This document shows, piece after piece, positions 50,056 to 64,000 of a stretch of 64,000 bases of DNA. Positions within the stretch are counted from its first letter, which is position 1, and each line of letters begins with the position of its first letter. A program made the position numbers and the translations under genes. The notes under the pieces were generated by a model that had not been told where the DNA came from, searched no databases, and worked only from the letters and a program-made list of their open reading frames with translations. Origin of the DNA: Paragordius varius (lineage: Eukaryota > Animalia > Nematomorpha); contig OZ176055.1 in NCBI GenBank assembly GCA_964247055.1, forward strand, positions 9,920,001-9,984,000. Direction: 5' to 3'.

Positions 50056-52762
50056 ATGGATATTGGCGCATCCCTTTTATTACCGAATTTTGAGAATCTT
50101 AACCTTCGATATGAAAAATCTAAATGCAAAACTACTCCTCAAATTTATAGTAATGAATTATCCGTTACAGATGGAAATTGTCCCTCTACATATGATTTTA
50201 AATTTGAAAAGCGAACACAAGAAGCGAAAAAACTTGTAGAAAATAATAATGAAGCACTCCTGGCCGAAAATTCGAAAGATGAACTCATAACTTACGGACA
50301 TTTGATTCTTATTGGGTATTAGGTTTTATTGATATTTTATTGTAAAAATTTAAATCATAGACAAAATGAAAAAAACTAAAAGATTTATTTATATTTTATA
50401 AAAAGACATCCACGTTATTTATATTTAAATATATTTACATATATAGTTATTTAAGTAAATTTCCTCACATCCCTATATCCTATCTTTCAACCCAAAACCA
50501 TAACTTATATAAAAAATTAATTAGCTGTCTTTACGAATGTCTTATCTATCTTAATAGTTTACTTACTATATATTTTATAGTTATAACGGATCTTTACCGG
50601 ATGGAGATAAGGGTCGGAAACGCAGCCGATTTCAACTCACCAAACGATTGTCTCACCAGAAAGGGCATGGCGTCACATTTCACTCACGTACTCTAATACC
50701 TGACACGAATCAGCTGATGAAGATACCCCCAATCGCCGCTAAACCAAATACCTATTCAGTAACTTATACATTTATGGGGGCCGCAATCAAACCAGAAGAA
50801 GAACCGAACAAAAAAACGGCAAAATCTGCAACTCTTAACCAAATGAACACGTTTGAAGAATATTCTAGTAACAACAACAAAAAATTTATAATTTACGACG
50901 AATATAAACTCGATCCGGCCACTGATATGTTTCAAATCGGTCGATCACCTGAGAAACCGATTGATTTCGTGGTTCTTGACACGCCTTGTACACGATATAC
51001 TTACACGACGAATGCCCTTAAAATTCAACCCCTACCACCCCTTATAACGCCCAATTTTGTTGAAGGTTAGTTTGAGATTTGGTTTTATAGACTATAAAAT
51101 TTTGAAAATTGGTTTTTATAAACAAAATTATAATGAAAAAATGTAATGAAAAAAAGACTGATATATCTTTATTAAGAAAGTAATATGAACTTTGATTTTA
51201 TATAACACATCGCTTTGGGAAACAAGGAATAGTGACTTGAATTGCTGACACTTATAGTTTAAGATTTTGAAATGAATATAGAAAAAGTCAAGGATTAATA
51301 AATAGAGGGTTGTCTTTCTTCATATTTTCAATTTATAACGGCATTTTCAGTTTATGCGTTTTAATTACTTGGTATATTTATAAGCGTTTTCTTGAAGTAT
51401 ACTTTTTAATGCTAGAGATTCCGCGTGATAATATTTTCAGTATCTATACTATTCTATTTCCATAAAACGTTGGCCTTAGGAATTTTCCATTTATTTTAAA
51501 ATTAATAAAACTCAAATTATTTTATTAGCTTTTTTAACCGGTATCGTTTTGTTACTTAAAAATCTTTTAATTCTGATGTCTTAAGTCACGATTTTTAAAA
51601 CAAGTAAGCTAAAAAAAATTGCTCATGCTACACTCATCCGTAAAAATATTTTTCCGAATATAAAAATATATGATATTGTGAAAAAAGTTACCATTATATA
51701 ATATAAAAATGAAAATACAACATTGTTTGGATTTTTTTAAAACATTTTAGTCCTGAAATTCTCCAAAAAAGTTAATTTTTTTGGTTTTTCATATTGAATC
51801 GCTAGTACTTTGTTGAAGGAATAGATTAAGAAATTACCATAGTTTACTGTCCTTTAAAATTATAAAATAATGACCTAGTATTTTAAAAGTGTTCTTTTTT
51901 TTGATTAACACGCATAAAGTGTTTTATAGCGTTTAAGAAAAAATTAGGGGGGTGCGGGTTCATTTCAAGTCTCCAGATAATATATATATTTATAACTTTT
52001 TCATTTTTTAATGATTGGAAAATAAATAATTTATAATTTAATAATTCCAAGATTTTTTTTATAAATTTTTATGTGTCTCTTTAGGTCAAACCCCCCAAGC
52101 CTATAAATGTGTGGCGGAAAATGGCGGCCCCCTACCCGTTAATAAAAACGGACAAATTAAAAAACCGTCTTCCGGTCCTCGAATTAATAGGAATGAACCT
52201 TCAACCAGTTCTAAAAACAGCTGTTCCGCCAATAATAATAATATCAATTGTGGAAAAAACGCAAATGGTAATTGAATGTAAAAAATAAAAATTAAAAGAC
52301 GCATATTGTTTAAAATAGCAGCCTTATTTTTGAGATTTTACTTGATTTTTTTGAAAAATTGAGTTGTAAATTAATGATAAAATTCTCAATCATTTGAGTT
52401 ATATTCAAAAAAACTAATATATAAAAAACTAAAAAATATATTTATAGAACTTAATTTTCTTTCTGCTGTAAAATATTTCAATTTTTTTGTTTTGGATTAG
52501 GACCGCCTCAGTTAACTGAAAGCACAATTTCACGATTCGCTTGTCGTTTAACGGTTTCTCGGTCCGCTCCGTATAAAGCCCGCATTTTTGCGGCCGGTTT
52601 TGATTCCTCAAACAATATTTTCTTGGGGGTGAGTACTTTTTGTAAAAAAGATTTTCAGAAAAAGTTTTATTTTACGGACATAATCTAAGTTTTTTATGGG
52701 TATTATAGTTTATAAAGATATAAAACAATAAAAGTAAATGATTATAATCATATGTTCTTGAT

Positions 52763-52803
<41 letters not shown>

Positions 52804-55678
52804 CAATTGTTAAGTAAAATTAAATGTTAAATTACATCACTATTCCTATTTTGCAGTGATATATATGGAAAGGTTATTAATATTATAAAAAAGCTAGATT
52901 TTAATAATATGAGTTACATTAGACAAAAACACTAATTTTTCACTTTTTACATAGTTTTTGTGACTATTTCATATTTAATTTTGGCCGCAAAAGGTTGAAT
53001 ACCCCATATATATTTTAAATTCTGTTTTAGTGAATCTTTTAATTTTTTTGAAATAACCCATATATTACTTTATCATAGCCCAAAGCTGTAAAATGGCGTA
53101 AAGGAGAAGAAAATTTGGTGGATGGCTTAACTACTAATGGAGTCCTCATATCTCATGACCATTCAAATCCTACTGACCATTTGACCAAAACAACCAATAT
53201 TAATATCCTCACTACTAGACAATGGTATGAGGTTTCGGTTGAAGGCAGATTGTATACTTTAAGATCACCTCAAGCCATGAATACTTGTGGACGTTTGGTA
53301 TAAAATTATTTTGATATTCGTATTCAGCTTTTTTTTAAATGCTTAAAATGTGAAATTCTGGAATTTTTACAGTAAAAATTGAATTTTATGGACAAAACGT
53401 AAGATATAAAAACTTTTTAATATGAATTTTTTAACCTATACCTAGATTTGTGAAGTGTATAATTGAAAGTTTTTCTACATTACCTTTTAATTCCATATTT
53501 CACAACCCTAATAAAAAGGTTAGCATAATTATGTTTTTAAAGGTATATCTATGTGTGTTTTTGTTTCCACGTTTTGTCTGTAAATTTTATTGTAATATCA
53601 AGATTTCGGATAACTTATTATTTGATTTAGAGTTAGGATGTGACTACTTTTAAATGAAAACAGTCTTAAATTTTTTAATTTTTTATGTTATTAAGTTAAT
53701 TAATCTTTTGTTGTAAATAAACTTAAATTTAGCTCATAAATGTCATGCTTTGAATTTTTTTAAAAAAATTTATTATTAACCATAATCTACTTCGAGTGGT
53801 CAGTCAGTTATCGGTCAAAAACCTAATCTTGTTTAAGGGAAAATTGTTTCCATAAGGAATTAATTTTAGAAGTCTTTTTAAGATGTCCAAAGTTTAATTT
53901 AATTTACGCCAATTTTATTATTCAATAATATATTTCAAATTATTTAAGGTCGAACATGTCACCAATGAGTTGAAAGATTGGACGCTAATTGATATTTGTG
54001 GAGCCACACTTCTTTGGCGTACTGATTGCCCTTTTAAAGAATCACAAAAAACTAATTCACAACACCCTACAAATTGTAAGTGTTTAAGTATTTTCTATAT
54101 TAAAAATAAGTGATTTTTTGACTTTCTTCAATATTCAAACATTACCTTATTAGAGTAAAAACTGAAATTATACGGACGAAACGTATAAATATAAAGACAA
54201 ATATTTTTATCTAAAAGAGAACCATTTATTTTAAAACCTTATTTTTTCTCATATAAGCTATTTAGTTACAATTGTAAAATATATAATTGATTGTGTTAGT
54301 CTTATATATATCTCTTTCATACTTTACCATTCAAAACAATGAATTTCATCGAAATAAATTTAAAAAAGTATGGTTGTATTTTAGAAAAAAATATTTGTCT
54401 TTATATTTTTACCTTTTGACCGTATAATTTCAATTTTTACTTTAAATTTATCCAATTTAGTAATTATTTATTTTTCGTTTAATTTTTACTTAGATGATGA
54501 TTCAAATATTCCCACAAACTCAGACATTGAAGCCATGATTGATAAACTGAATGCGGGTAAACCCCAATGCCCAGTTAGACTCTCTACACTTATAGTATCA
54601 AAAAAGAACACACCTAACTCTAACCCTTTAAACTGTAATAAATTGTTAAAGAATGGAAAATTAGAACAAATGAGAAATAATAAAATTGTCACCAATTTAG
54701 ACGACACCATTTCTTCCGATTATTCCTTTAATGGAAACTCTGGCTATACGGATGAGGGTAGTATATAAATGGATTTTGAAATTGATAAATTAATTTAAGA
54801 ATTATTAATTCAAAATTCAACCATATATTTTTGATCGTTAATTATAAAAAATATGATTTAAAATAATTTTTGCTGTAAATTAATAAAAGAAATTCTATTT
54901 TTGATTTTTTGGATAATTTATTAGTTTGTAACGCACCTTACGTGTATCTAATGTGTGGTCATGTTCAAGGACTTCATGAATGGGGCTTACAAGATGACAA
55001 TACCCGCAAATGTCCAATATGTCAAATGGTATAATTTTATGTGTTTTCATGGATAAGGAAAAATGTTCACAAATTGTTATGTACACGATTGAATTTATTC
55101 AGAAAAAACGTAAAAACTAAATTTTTTAAATAAAAGACAACCATATTTTACACGCTTTGATTGCGTTTTACTTTATAAATTAGCGAAAGTATGTAACGTG
55201 GGAAAAATCAAGTTTTAAAAGCAGGGTTGTCTTTTTAAAAAAAAATTTCTTTATGAGTTTTTACGTTTTGTTTCTATAGTTTCCTTACTGTAATTCATTA
55301 TTTTTAAGGTTTAGCTCCTTTGGAATTTAATATTTTTTAATAATGGATTACCAGATTGGACCGATAACTCAATTGAAACCGGGTCTGGAACCGGCTTTTT
55401 GGCGTGGATTTAGAAAGCAGCAATCTCATATGGGTGCATCCTCATTTACGCATGCATTCATTCCTTGTGGTCACATGGCTAATGAAGAGACGGTCTCTTA
55501 TTGGTCCGCCATTGCAATTCCTTCAGCTGACTTTAGGCACTTGTGTCCTTTTTGTGCCACCGAATTAGGCCTACCCCCTAATAAACTCAACAAAAATCCT
55601 GAGATGGAATTGCTTGTCCCATCTACTACTCAACAAAGTACAAAATTGTATGTCAAATTGCATTTTCAAGGCAGATAA
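50056..55678 (+). CDS. PELI: Pellino E3 ubiquitin ligase (FHA plus RING-like), about 697 aa model
   Basis: Exons 50056-50315, 50581-51065, 52085-52267, 52501-52628, 53079-53297, 53949-54075, 54494-54757, 54925-55028 and 55355-55678 (2094 nt). Motifs YGHLILIGYNGSLP, DMFQIGRS, STISRFACR, DGLTTNGV, GATLLWR, CPV, CGHV, CPIC, PCGHM and CPFC. Confidence 0.95.
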
Positions 55679-58183
55679 CTAAAAATGAAATCCAAAAACC
55701 AAAAATATTGGTGTATTTTGCATCATGCATTCAAATTCCAAATATTGTTTCAGGCATTTCTATATTCCATTTTTTACTTACTTTTACAGATATCTTTAAT
55801 TTATAACATCTCTTTTTAAAACTTTTATTTAGATTTTATTTCGTGTAACCAAAGATTATTATATATATTAAATAATTAAATCAATCAAAATGTTTTATTC
55901 CCTTTTATATATATAATGAATTGTCAATCAAAAATGTTGTGCAGATATTATTTTCGAATAAAATGTATTAAAATCCAAAAATATATAAATGTAAATATCA
56001 AATGCAAACTAAATGATTTTTTAACCTGAAAGCTTTATTATTTATTAAACATTTAAATATTTCGCTTATTAGTCTATGTTGAGAAACCTACAATCTCATA
56101 ATGTATGTCCAGATATTGCATTATGTACTTTTATATATGTATGTACAAAAAGCTTTTTAGATAAAATTTTATTTTATAAATAAATTAGTTTTTATCACAT
56201 TTTTTCAAAATCAGTTGTCTTTAAAAGATATGAGCATTACTAATTTACCTGAAACAGGAATAAAATAATATAGGAATTATATGATTTAACAAATGCAAAT
56301 TAGTCAATTTTCTGTGTTAACTTAGAAATATTTTTAGGGTTAATACAAATTGTTTGAGATGGTTTAATTTTGAATAGTGTACATCTTTGTGTTTAATTAT
56401 TAAAAATTAACTTATTTTTTTTATGCCTTCAATCTATAGACTGATAATTTACGGATGTTAATATGGTTTAGTTAATTTAAAACGCTTTTTTGTCAAATAT
56501 AATTTTACAACTGTCTTACGAGAAATTTGTTTGGCATTTTATCACAAAATAATTTGGTATAAAATAACGAAAAAAAGGTATTTTGTCTAAAATATAATTA
56601 ACAATTAATATATTAGAATAAAAATTAAATTTATACTGGCGAAACCTAAAAATATAAAGACAACTATTTTTTATAAAAAGACAATCATACTTTTTTAACC
56701 TTAATTTTTATTATATAAAATATTTAATAACAATCAATTACATATACATCTTTATTCTATACTTTCGAGTTTAAAACAATGATATTTAAAAAAATAAGAT
56801 TTAAAAAGCAGGATTGCCTTTTAAAAAAATATTTGTCTGTATATTATTAATTTTTGTCCGTATAATTAAAATTTTTACTATATTACCCATAAACTTTAAT
56901 TCTTGATAGTTTTATAAATTAAGGTCCCTAAAATACAATGGGAAATATTACAAAAACTTTTTTCATCAAACATCTGTAAAAAACTAATATTTTTGTCCAT
57001 TTATATTTAGTTTTACAGTAAAAACTGAAATTATACGAAAGGACAAAACGTAAAATATAAAGGCAAATATTTTTTCTAAAAGACAAACATACTTTTTTAA
57101 TCTTAATATATTTCAATACAACTTTTTGTTTTAAATGGCAAAGTTTGAAATAGTGATATATATCACTAACACAATCAATTCTATACTTCATTGTAACTGT
57201 AGCTTATATGGGAAACATTTAGGTTTATTAAAGTATGGTTGTATTTTAGAAAAGAATATTTGTCCGTATATTTTCAGTTTTTACTGTATGTAGAGAAAGG
57301 ACATATTGAAAAAATGTAATCAATGAAATTATCGTAGCTATATTATAAATAAATATGTGTATGTAATTATTGTGATACCATTAAGGCAACTTTCAAACAA
57401 AAAAAATGGCATACATAGTAAAAAATATAGTATTTAATTTTATTAATTACTGTATATATACACACATTTATTACAGGCTACTATTATACCAAAAATCTAA
57501 ATGATTAGGAAAAGATCAACCTTATTTAGGAAAAAAATAATTTGTTTAGAAACCGAGTTGGGGATGTCTAATCGATTCTAAAACCGTTTCGTAACCGTAT
57601 TTGTTTCTTACAAAATCTCATAAATGTTTTGATTTTTTTCAAAAACGGTTCCGAATTCCTTCAAAAACAGTAAGCGTATCAGGATAACAATTATAAATCC
57701 AAAATTTCGTGGAATCTTATTTGAATTAATGTAATACATTAGTTTTCATATTGAAATTAAATAAGTTGTCAGTGTCGCACCTTGTGACTTAATCTAAGAA
57801 ATGTTCGTTAACCCTAAGGATATGAAGATAAAAATTAATAAAAGCTATGCACTTTGACAAAAAAGAAAACCATCTTTTTAGCTGGTTTTTATTTCCCTCC
57901 ATTCATTCTACCCATTACAAAAATTGTTTACATTATAATTTTTCTTATATTAATTCACTTTTCACTGTTATTAAAGTTATTTTTCAATTTATAAATATCT
58001 TTAAGCTATAAGTCACTCGACGATCACAGTTCTTAAGTAAAATATGAGAAAGAGGCCATACAAATTTCAAAAATTTGTTTTACTAGACAATATTTAATTA
58101 TTTAAAAAACACTAAAAGAACCGGTTTAAATTTGAATTTATGCAATAAAATTAAAATTGGATTTTTATAATGGAAAGTGGTGG

Positions 58184-59357
58184 CTTTGTGATCTGTTTCC
58201 GGAAAACCGGTGAACCCATTCAAATACAAATATCGAAAAAATATAATCATTAATAAATGCCCCGACAATAGCTTTGCCTTTTGAATTAGGTCCCCAGTTC
58301 GGGTCCACCTCGTTCAAAAACACTTTTGAAAACACAAGTTCAAAAAAAATCGTGTCTTTGAGACAATTTTTCGGAAAACGTGTCGGACCATTCGATTTTA
58401 ATGATAACCTAATTTTCGATTGCGCTGAACATAGTCGGCTCGCTTTTTTAATTTAAACCCTCTTTTTACTTGCTTCCCTTCGAAAATGCCATTTTTTTAA
58501 AAAAGTTCCACAAAAATAACTTTTTGAATCTATTTTTCGCCCAACGTATAAATGAGACTACAAAAATTTAATAAGGATTCCAGGTATTCCCTAAAAGGCA
58601 AAAATGTTAGTCATGCGTTACTTTACCCCTTAAAAAACAAAATTTAAGTATAAGGGGTTATTTCAATGAGTCGCTAAGAGAAGGTTTAGGCCCTGAACCG
58701 CCATAGAATAATTTTGGTTTTGAGCCAAAAATGTGTCACTATATAGCATTGCGCTGTTTAGGAACTAATTTAAAACTTATGCCATATGAACTCCTTTAAA
58801 GTTCAAAATATTACCCGTAACTAGGTAAAAATTAAGGTCAGGCCTTTTTTTATTAGCCGTTAATTTGGGGCCTTTATGTCCTAATAAACCATCATATAAC
58901 GATTATTTAATGTTGAGGTATTTTTTTGAATAACCCATGATGGTCTTAAAGATGATTCCAAATAATTTCCCTAGGCAAAAAAATTAAATTTTCCATATAG
59001 GCACCTATGGGTAGGGGTCTACCGGTTTAAAACCAAGACGCCATATAAAAATGGCGTTTTGGAGCTAATTTTTAAAACACTTAAGAAGCCATTCGAGTTC
59101 AATAAAAACTGTTAAGTTTTACCCATAAAAAGGTATAGCGGTTTTTTCCGTTAGCCGTCAATTTGAGGCCTTTACACCAGTAAACAATATATAAGTCTGA
59201 ATCCGTTTTGAAAATCATATATGATCATAGCTAATAAATAATGTTTCGAAATAATCCACATATATGGATCATTTTATTGTCCGTTTTTTCAAATAGCCCC
59301 CTAAAAAAAGTCCAAAGGACTTCCTTAGGCTGCTTAGCAGAACGAGATTTACTCTAG
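58184..59357 (+). mobile_element. Non-autonomous Helitron (same family as 35703 and 37880)
   Basis: ctttgtgatctg...ggaaaaccgg head, and 3' aagtcc-aaa-ggactt hairpin plus gctgc-tta-gcag..CTAG|T. A degenerate fragment also lies at about 23600-23870. Confidence 0.8.
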
Positions 59358-60733
59358 TCCAAATAAAATTGAGTTTTGAAAAAAAAGTTTCGTATCAAAC
59401 TACTACGCCATTTTTATTTCACAACATTTTTGCAAAATGTCATGAGTATTTGATTTAAGTCTATTAATATAACAGAAAAAGTGGTATATTTAGCATTATT
59501 TATATATTTAGCTATAGCTGTTGTTTAAATTTTGGTCTTTGGGTTTTACCTCGAATAAGAAATATCAAGTATTTTCAAAAGAATTTCTTATAATTTCATT
59601 TATTAATCTTACATAGTGCAAACTTTGTCATAGCTTATATATATTCCATTTTTTTGAAATTTTTAATTTTAAACACTGAGGTATTTAACCCGAATTTGAA
59701 TCAAAAGACTGAACTGAATGTTTGTATATGAGTATTAAAATTCTCCCATCATCCTACGCGCATTCAATAAAATATAATCCATTATTTAATTTTATTTTTA
59801 CACGTTTTAAAACCTATAAAGCTAAATTTTTTTATAAAAATTTCTTCATTAGGAAATGAGGCCGTACTATAAGACTAATTTAAATAACGAACCTGCCATC
59901 CTTTGCGCTTCGGTGCAAAAATTAAAAAATATATTATTTAAATAGACGCACAGTAGTTGCAACTGATAGCTTGTCATTTTTATGAATTTGCTTATTTAAC
60001 TGCAGCTAAACCAGGGTTAATCTTAAAAATCAATCCACTCTTGTATATAGAAAAATTACTATTCAATTCGAATGGACTTCGTTTTGAAATTGTTGCAAAA
60101 TTATAATCCTTATTCACAGTTTGAAAAAATAAAAGATCTATTTAATAAATACCACAGTCCCGCTCGGCGCATTTATTAATTTAAAAAAATTTTACTTTAA
60201 AACTCGAATGAGCCTACAGGTTTTGCGGATAATTGCTTCAATTATTTTTGCAAAAACTGGCCGGTTTGAACTAAGTGAGTAATTTAAAAAAATACCTCAG
60301 TTACTCAATATACATAAGTAATAATACATTATTGATTTTTAATGGGGAAACATTTTTGAAAATGGGGATATGGAAAAAATTAGGGGCAATTAAAGAATTT
60401 CTTATGCAGCATATTAATAAAAATATGTCACACGTCGGGAGAATTGTTTTAAATTCAATACTTTCTTAAAAACAACTTTACCGCCTACAAGGCTATACTA
60501 CGGGATTGATTCAAAAAATACTCTGCTTTCGGTTTTGGGTAGAAAAATTGCAAACCAACATTATTTATTTTATAAAACGGATAAATATATTTAAGCCATA
60601 TACCTTATAAAATAATGTCATTTATATTAAACACATACACCTTAAATGGACTGTTTTTCTAAATAACGTGGTAAAACTAAGGTATAACACTTTGTCGAAT
60701 TGAACATGGCTTAACCTTTTTCGGGTTGAATGC

Positions 60734-61709
60734 ATGTGCACCCAACACTACGAAACAGATCCTTTTAAAAATTATGAAATTGCTTCCTATGATTTTTTAT
60801 ACGATGTTCCTGAGAGATCAATCTGTAGATTATGCAAAAGGTCGCGTAGATTTTTTTGTTACACATGTTATATACCAATGCCTACCATACAAGACAAAAT
60901 ACCACAATTGATTGTATAGAGTTTTTTTATTTTAAAGCTCCCAGTCAATATTCATATTATAAAACATTGTCAGGAACTTTCTGGTAAAAGCACTGCCATT
61001 CATGCATCAATATTAGCACCTCATAATGTCAAAATTTACATATATCCTCAAATGCCTACAGATCTCAAAGACCCAGTAAAAATACAAATTTTTTTAATTA
61101 TATTTTTTTCTAGATTGTTTTATATCCTTCTGAAAAAGCAATAACAATAAGTGAATATTTTGATAATTTATATAATACTTCTGATGCCGATTTTTCTGCA
61201 CATATATCAAACTGGACTCTACCAAATATAATTGTTATAGACGGTACTTGGAAACAAGCCAACAAAATTTACCGGGATGATCGAATAAATTGTAAGATAA
61301 TTTAGTTTGTAATAATTTTTATTCGATTAGTTAGTTTGTATTATTAGACATAATTTTTGACTATTGTTATTTGAAAATAAGAGATATTTATTGCTCTATT
61401 GATAAATTGTTATTCCAACTCATAGGTTTGCCTTGCATCAAGTTATCCAATTATAAAACATGTTTTTGGCGTTATCAAAGACGCCATAATAACGAATACT
61501 TGGCCACAATCGAAGCCATTTATTATTTGGTGAAAGAAATTGCCAATATAAAATCCACCAAATTTAATTTGCAGGAAGAAAATAACTTTACTCAAAGCTA
61601 TTTTGATAATTTGCTCTTTTTTTATGCGTATATGCATTCAAACATACGGGCTCAATACAATGGCAAAAAAGTTATAAAAGCTTGGGCTAATCAGGCCCTC
61701 ACTCCTTAA
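60734..61709 (+). CDS. DTWD1: DTW domain-containing protein 1 (tRNA-uridine aminocarboxypropyltransferase), 259 aa model
   Basis: Exons 60734-60913 ([15 protein letters not shown]), 60938-61075 (KSTAIHA), 61114-61291 (IDGTWKQA) and 61426-61709 ([20 protein letters not shown]). Total 780 nt. Confidence 0.93.
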
Positions 61710-63033
61710 TCCAATACTCACCAATTTTAATTATTTTAAGCATCTTGCGATTATGCAATAAATTTTATAGAATATTGGGCAAAAATTGCGGGGGGATCGT
61801 TACGACTTTCCATAAAATAATTTTGATTCAAGGGAAAATAGAGATAATTGCATGTTGATTATGTGAAAGAAATTATTTTTTATTTATATAACCGATACTC
61901 TGTAAAGTTTTAAAATGTATATGAATAGGATACATTTCACTTTAATATACCTAACTTAATATAAAATTATTAGTAATTCTTTTCAATTTGTTAAATTGAT
62001 TAATCAGATATAATTACGACTTTTCTTTAAAATATTGAAATTTAACTTTTTATACTAAAAAAGAGATATTCACAATTGTTTTCATCAAATCCTTTTATCA
62101 ATAGAGTGCAAAAAATATTTTATATATACAAAATTTTCTTTACAGAATAGAATGGTGATATCAGAGGGAAGCTGCTGCAAAAAAAGGGGTTTTCCCATTT
62201 TAAATTTGTGTCAAGATTATAATCACTATTTATATTATCACTTTCATCAAATTTATGATCTATTAAAAACAAATATAATATTGAAATAGTGTTTTTAAAT
62301 CGTACAGCGTTTTTATATTTATGCCTCAATAAAAAAATTTGCAATTTTTTAGATATATTTATGGTTGATACTAAAATTTATAACTTATCTAATAGCTCAT
62401 TTTAATACAGCAAAAAATTTAGAGACTTTCGGAGCTCATATCTAAAAATTTAAAATTAAAAAAAATATTCTTTGCTTATGCAGTTTATAATATATTTTAG
62501 TGATATTTCACCAAAAAATTTTATTTAACAAAATGTGCGCGAATTCTGCCATTTTGTGATATGGAATATCACTAAAGTGTTAACACCTTTCTTAAATCAA
62601 TCGTAAGGGCCAAAATCAAAAGCACCATCTTAATACATATATATATATATATATTAAATTAGGTTATTTTTAAAACCCTAAATTTCCGCAGGTATATGCT
62701 AAATTTGACGTGGAAATATTTTTTGAATAAGTGGTTAAAAAATTTACAGGGAAGATTTGTTGGATTATACTTCTTATATTTTAAGACATTATCGATATAA
62801 AAACGCTTTAAGATATTCTTTTTATATACAAATCGAAAATGTTTAAACTTGCTATCACTTCAGAATTTAAATATAATGATTCGTTTGCTTTAAATTGGGT
62901 AATTTAAAAAGTGTCTACAAAAAAATTAGGCAATTTAGGTTTTATATGTATTTGGAACCTCTAAAAATGTAATAAATTGTTTATTATTGGGTGAATACAA
63001 AAGAGGATGAGATTTTTGAAAAACATTGCTAAG

Positions 63034-63067
<34 letters not shown>

Positions 63068-63750
63068 AAAGTATCCTAAGTTCATCGGATCTGTGAACCT
63101 TCAAAATAACAGGTTTATAAGGATTTTTTTATCAGTAATCACAAAAGATTTAAGTAAACTTTTTGAGTGTGAGTTTTTATAATTAAAAATTTTTAAAATA
63201 TGTAACATATACCGTACGAATATTAAGATTACATTAATTTGTTTAAAATTAAAAATTAATCAAATTAATCATAGGAAATCATATGAAACAAAAAAAAACT
63301 TGTGGTTATATAATCATTTGGCAAAAGTTATTAAAAAATTATTATCCAAATTAAATCTTAATCACAAAAGTTAGTTTTTTAGCTGATAATTAAAAATAAT
63401 TTTTCTGTTGATCATTATATTTAAAGTCAAGTGTCAAATATCCAAAATTAAAACATAACTAATTAATGGTAAATATAATTGCGCATGACTAATCCATTTG
63501 ATAATTATAACCATTATATTAAAACATAAATAAATAAACAAATTTGGTGTGCACAATACCATTTTCTGATATGAAATATGAAAATAACATTGAATCAATG
63601 CTAGGGGCAAAAACAGATCTTTATTATAATCCTCTTGTTTTCTTTTTAGAAAATATATATTTTATTAGGTAATTTTTACTGAATACATCATATCATATTT
63701 TTAATTTAAAAACAGAAAAGTGTATTATTTGACACGTTTGTGAATCGAAT

Positions 63751-64000
63751 ATGGCGGAAAAGCGTGAACGATCTCAATCGCCTGAAGTGCAAACAATTAA
63801 TTTAGAAAGCACCGAAGTAATAACTGTAACTCAAACGGAAACCCTAAAAGTTAATGGCGAAACAACTGAAAATGAAGTGACGGAAATCACTGAAATAGAC
63901 AGTAGTGAGCCAAAGAAATTAAAGCAGACGAAGAAAGTTTTGATAACAAATATACCATATGAAGTCAAATGTCAGGAATTAAAAGATTTTATTATTGAAG
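63751..64000 (+). CDS. 5' part of an RRM protein, hnRNP M/MYEF2-like (truncated by the window end)
   Basis: Open frame from MAEKRERSQSPE to KKVLITNIPYEVKCQELKDF, which resembles the first RRM of hnRNP M/MYEF2. Confidence 0.65.
   Translation, partial: MAEKRERSQSPEVQTINLESTEVITVTQTETLKVNGETTENEVTEITEIDSSEPKKLKQTKKVLITNIPYEVKCQELKDFIIE

Noticed and set aside
59800-60700. Possible minus-strand exons upstream of DTWD1
   Set aside because: No in-phase model could be assembled.
62120-63120. Possible minus-strand gene (DHKFDESDNINSDY..., IDNVLKYKKYNPTNLP)
   Set aside because: Individual exon-like pieces exist, but stops break the chain and there is no recognisable family.
1-64000. CRISPR-like or prokaryotic systems; most short ORFs in the supplied track
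   Set aside because: No repeat-spacer array is present, and the DNA is intron-containing and eukaryotic. The short AT-rich ORFs mostly fall in MITEs, Helitrons or antisense to real exons.

Overview
Very AT-rich eukaryotic (animal) genomic DNA. Compact multi-exon genes are interleaved with dense DNA-transposon debris. Spliced models were built by hand from GT..AG boundaries and phase continuity. Recognisable genes: a multi-Kunitz (papilin-like) gene, Rad6/UBE2A with a long C-terminal tail, HIBCH, CNTD1/COSA-1, GPATCH11, Pellino, DTWD1 and the start of an hnRNP M/MYEF2-like RRM gene. Also present are a secreted histidine-acid-phosphatase-like gene lacking the catalytic motif, a secreted Cys-rich orphan and an acidic orphan. 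Two dispersed 5S rRNA genes lie in a duplicated block of about 1.5 kb. Mobile DNA includes several TA-flanked MITE families, TTAA-flanked piggyBac-like MITEs, a mariner relic, hAT elements of two families and non-autonomous Helitrons, with nesting. The most striking signals are many 23-32 nt introns, an unidentified GC-rich island of about 310 nt near the 5S genes, and the secreted orphan or degenerate proteins. Tiny introns plus AT richness suggest a reduced, possibly parasitic animal, but this is inference and the organism cannot be identified from the window.
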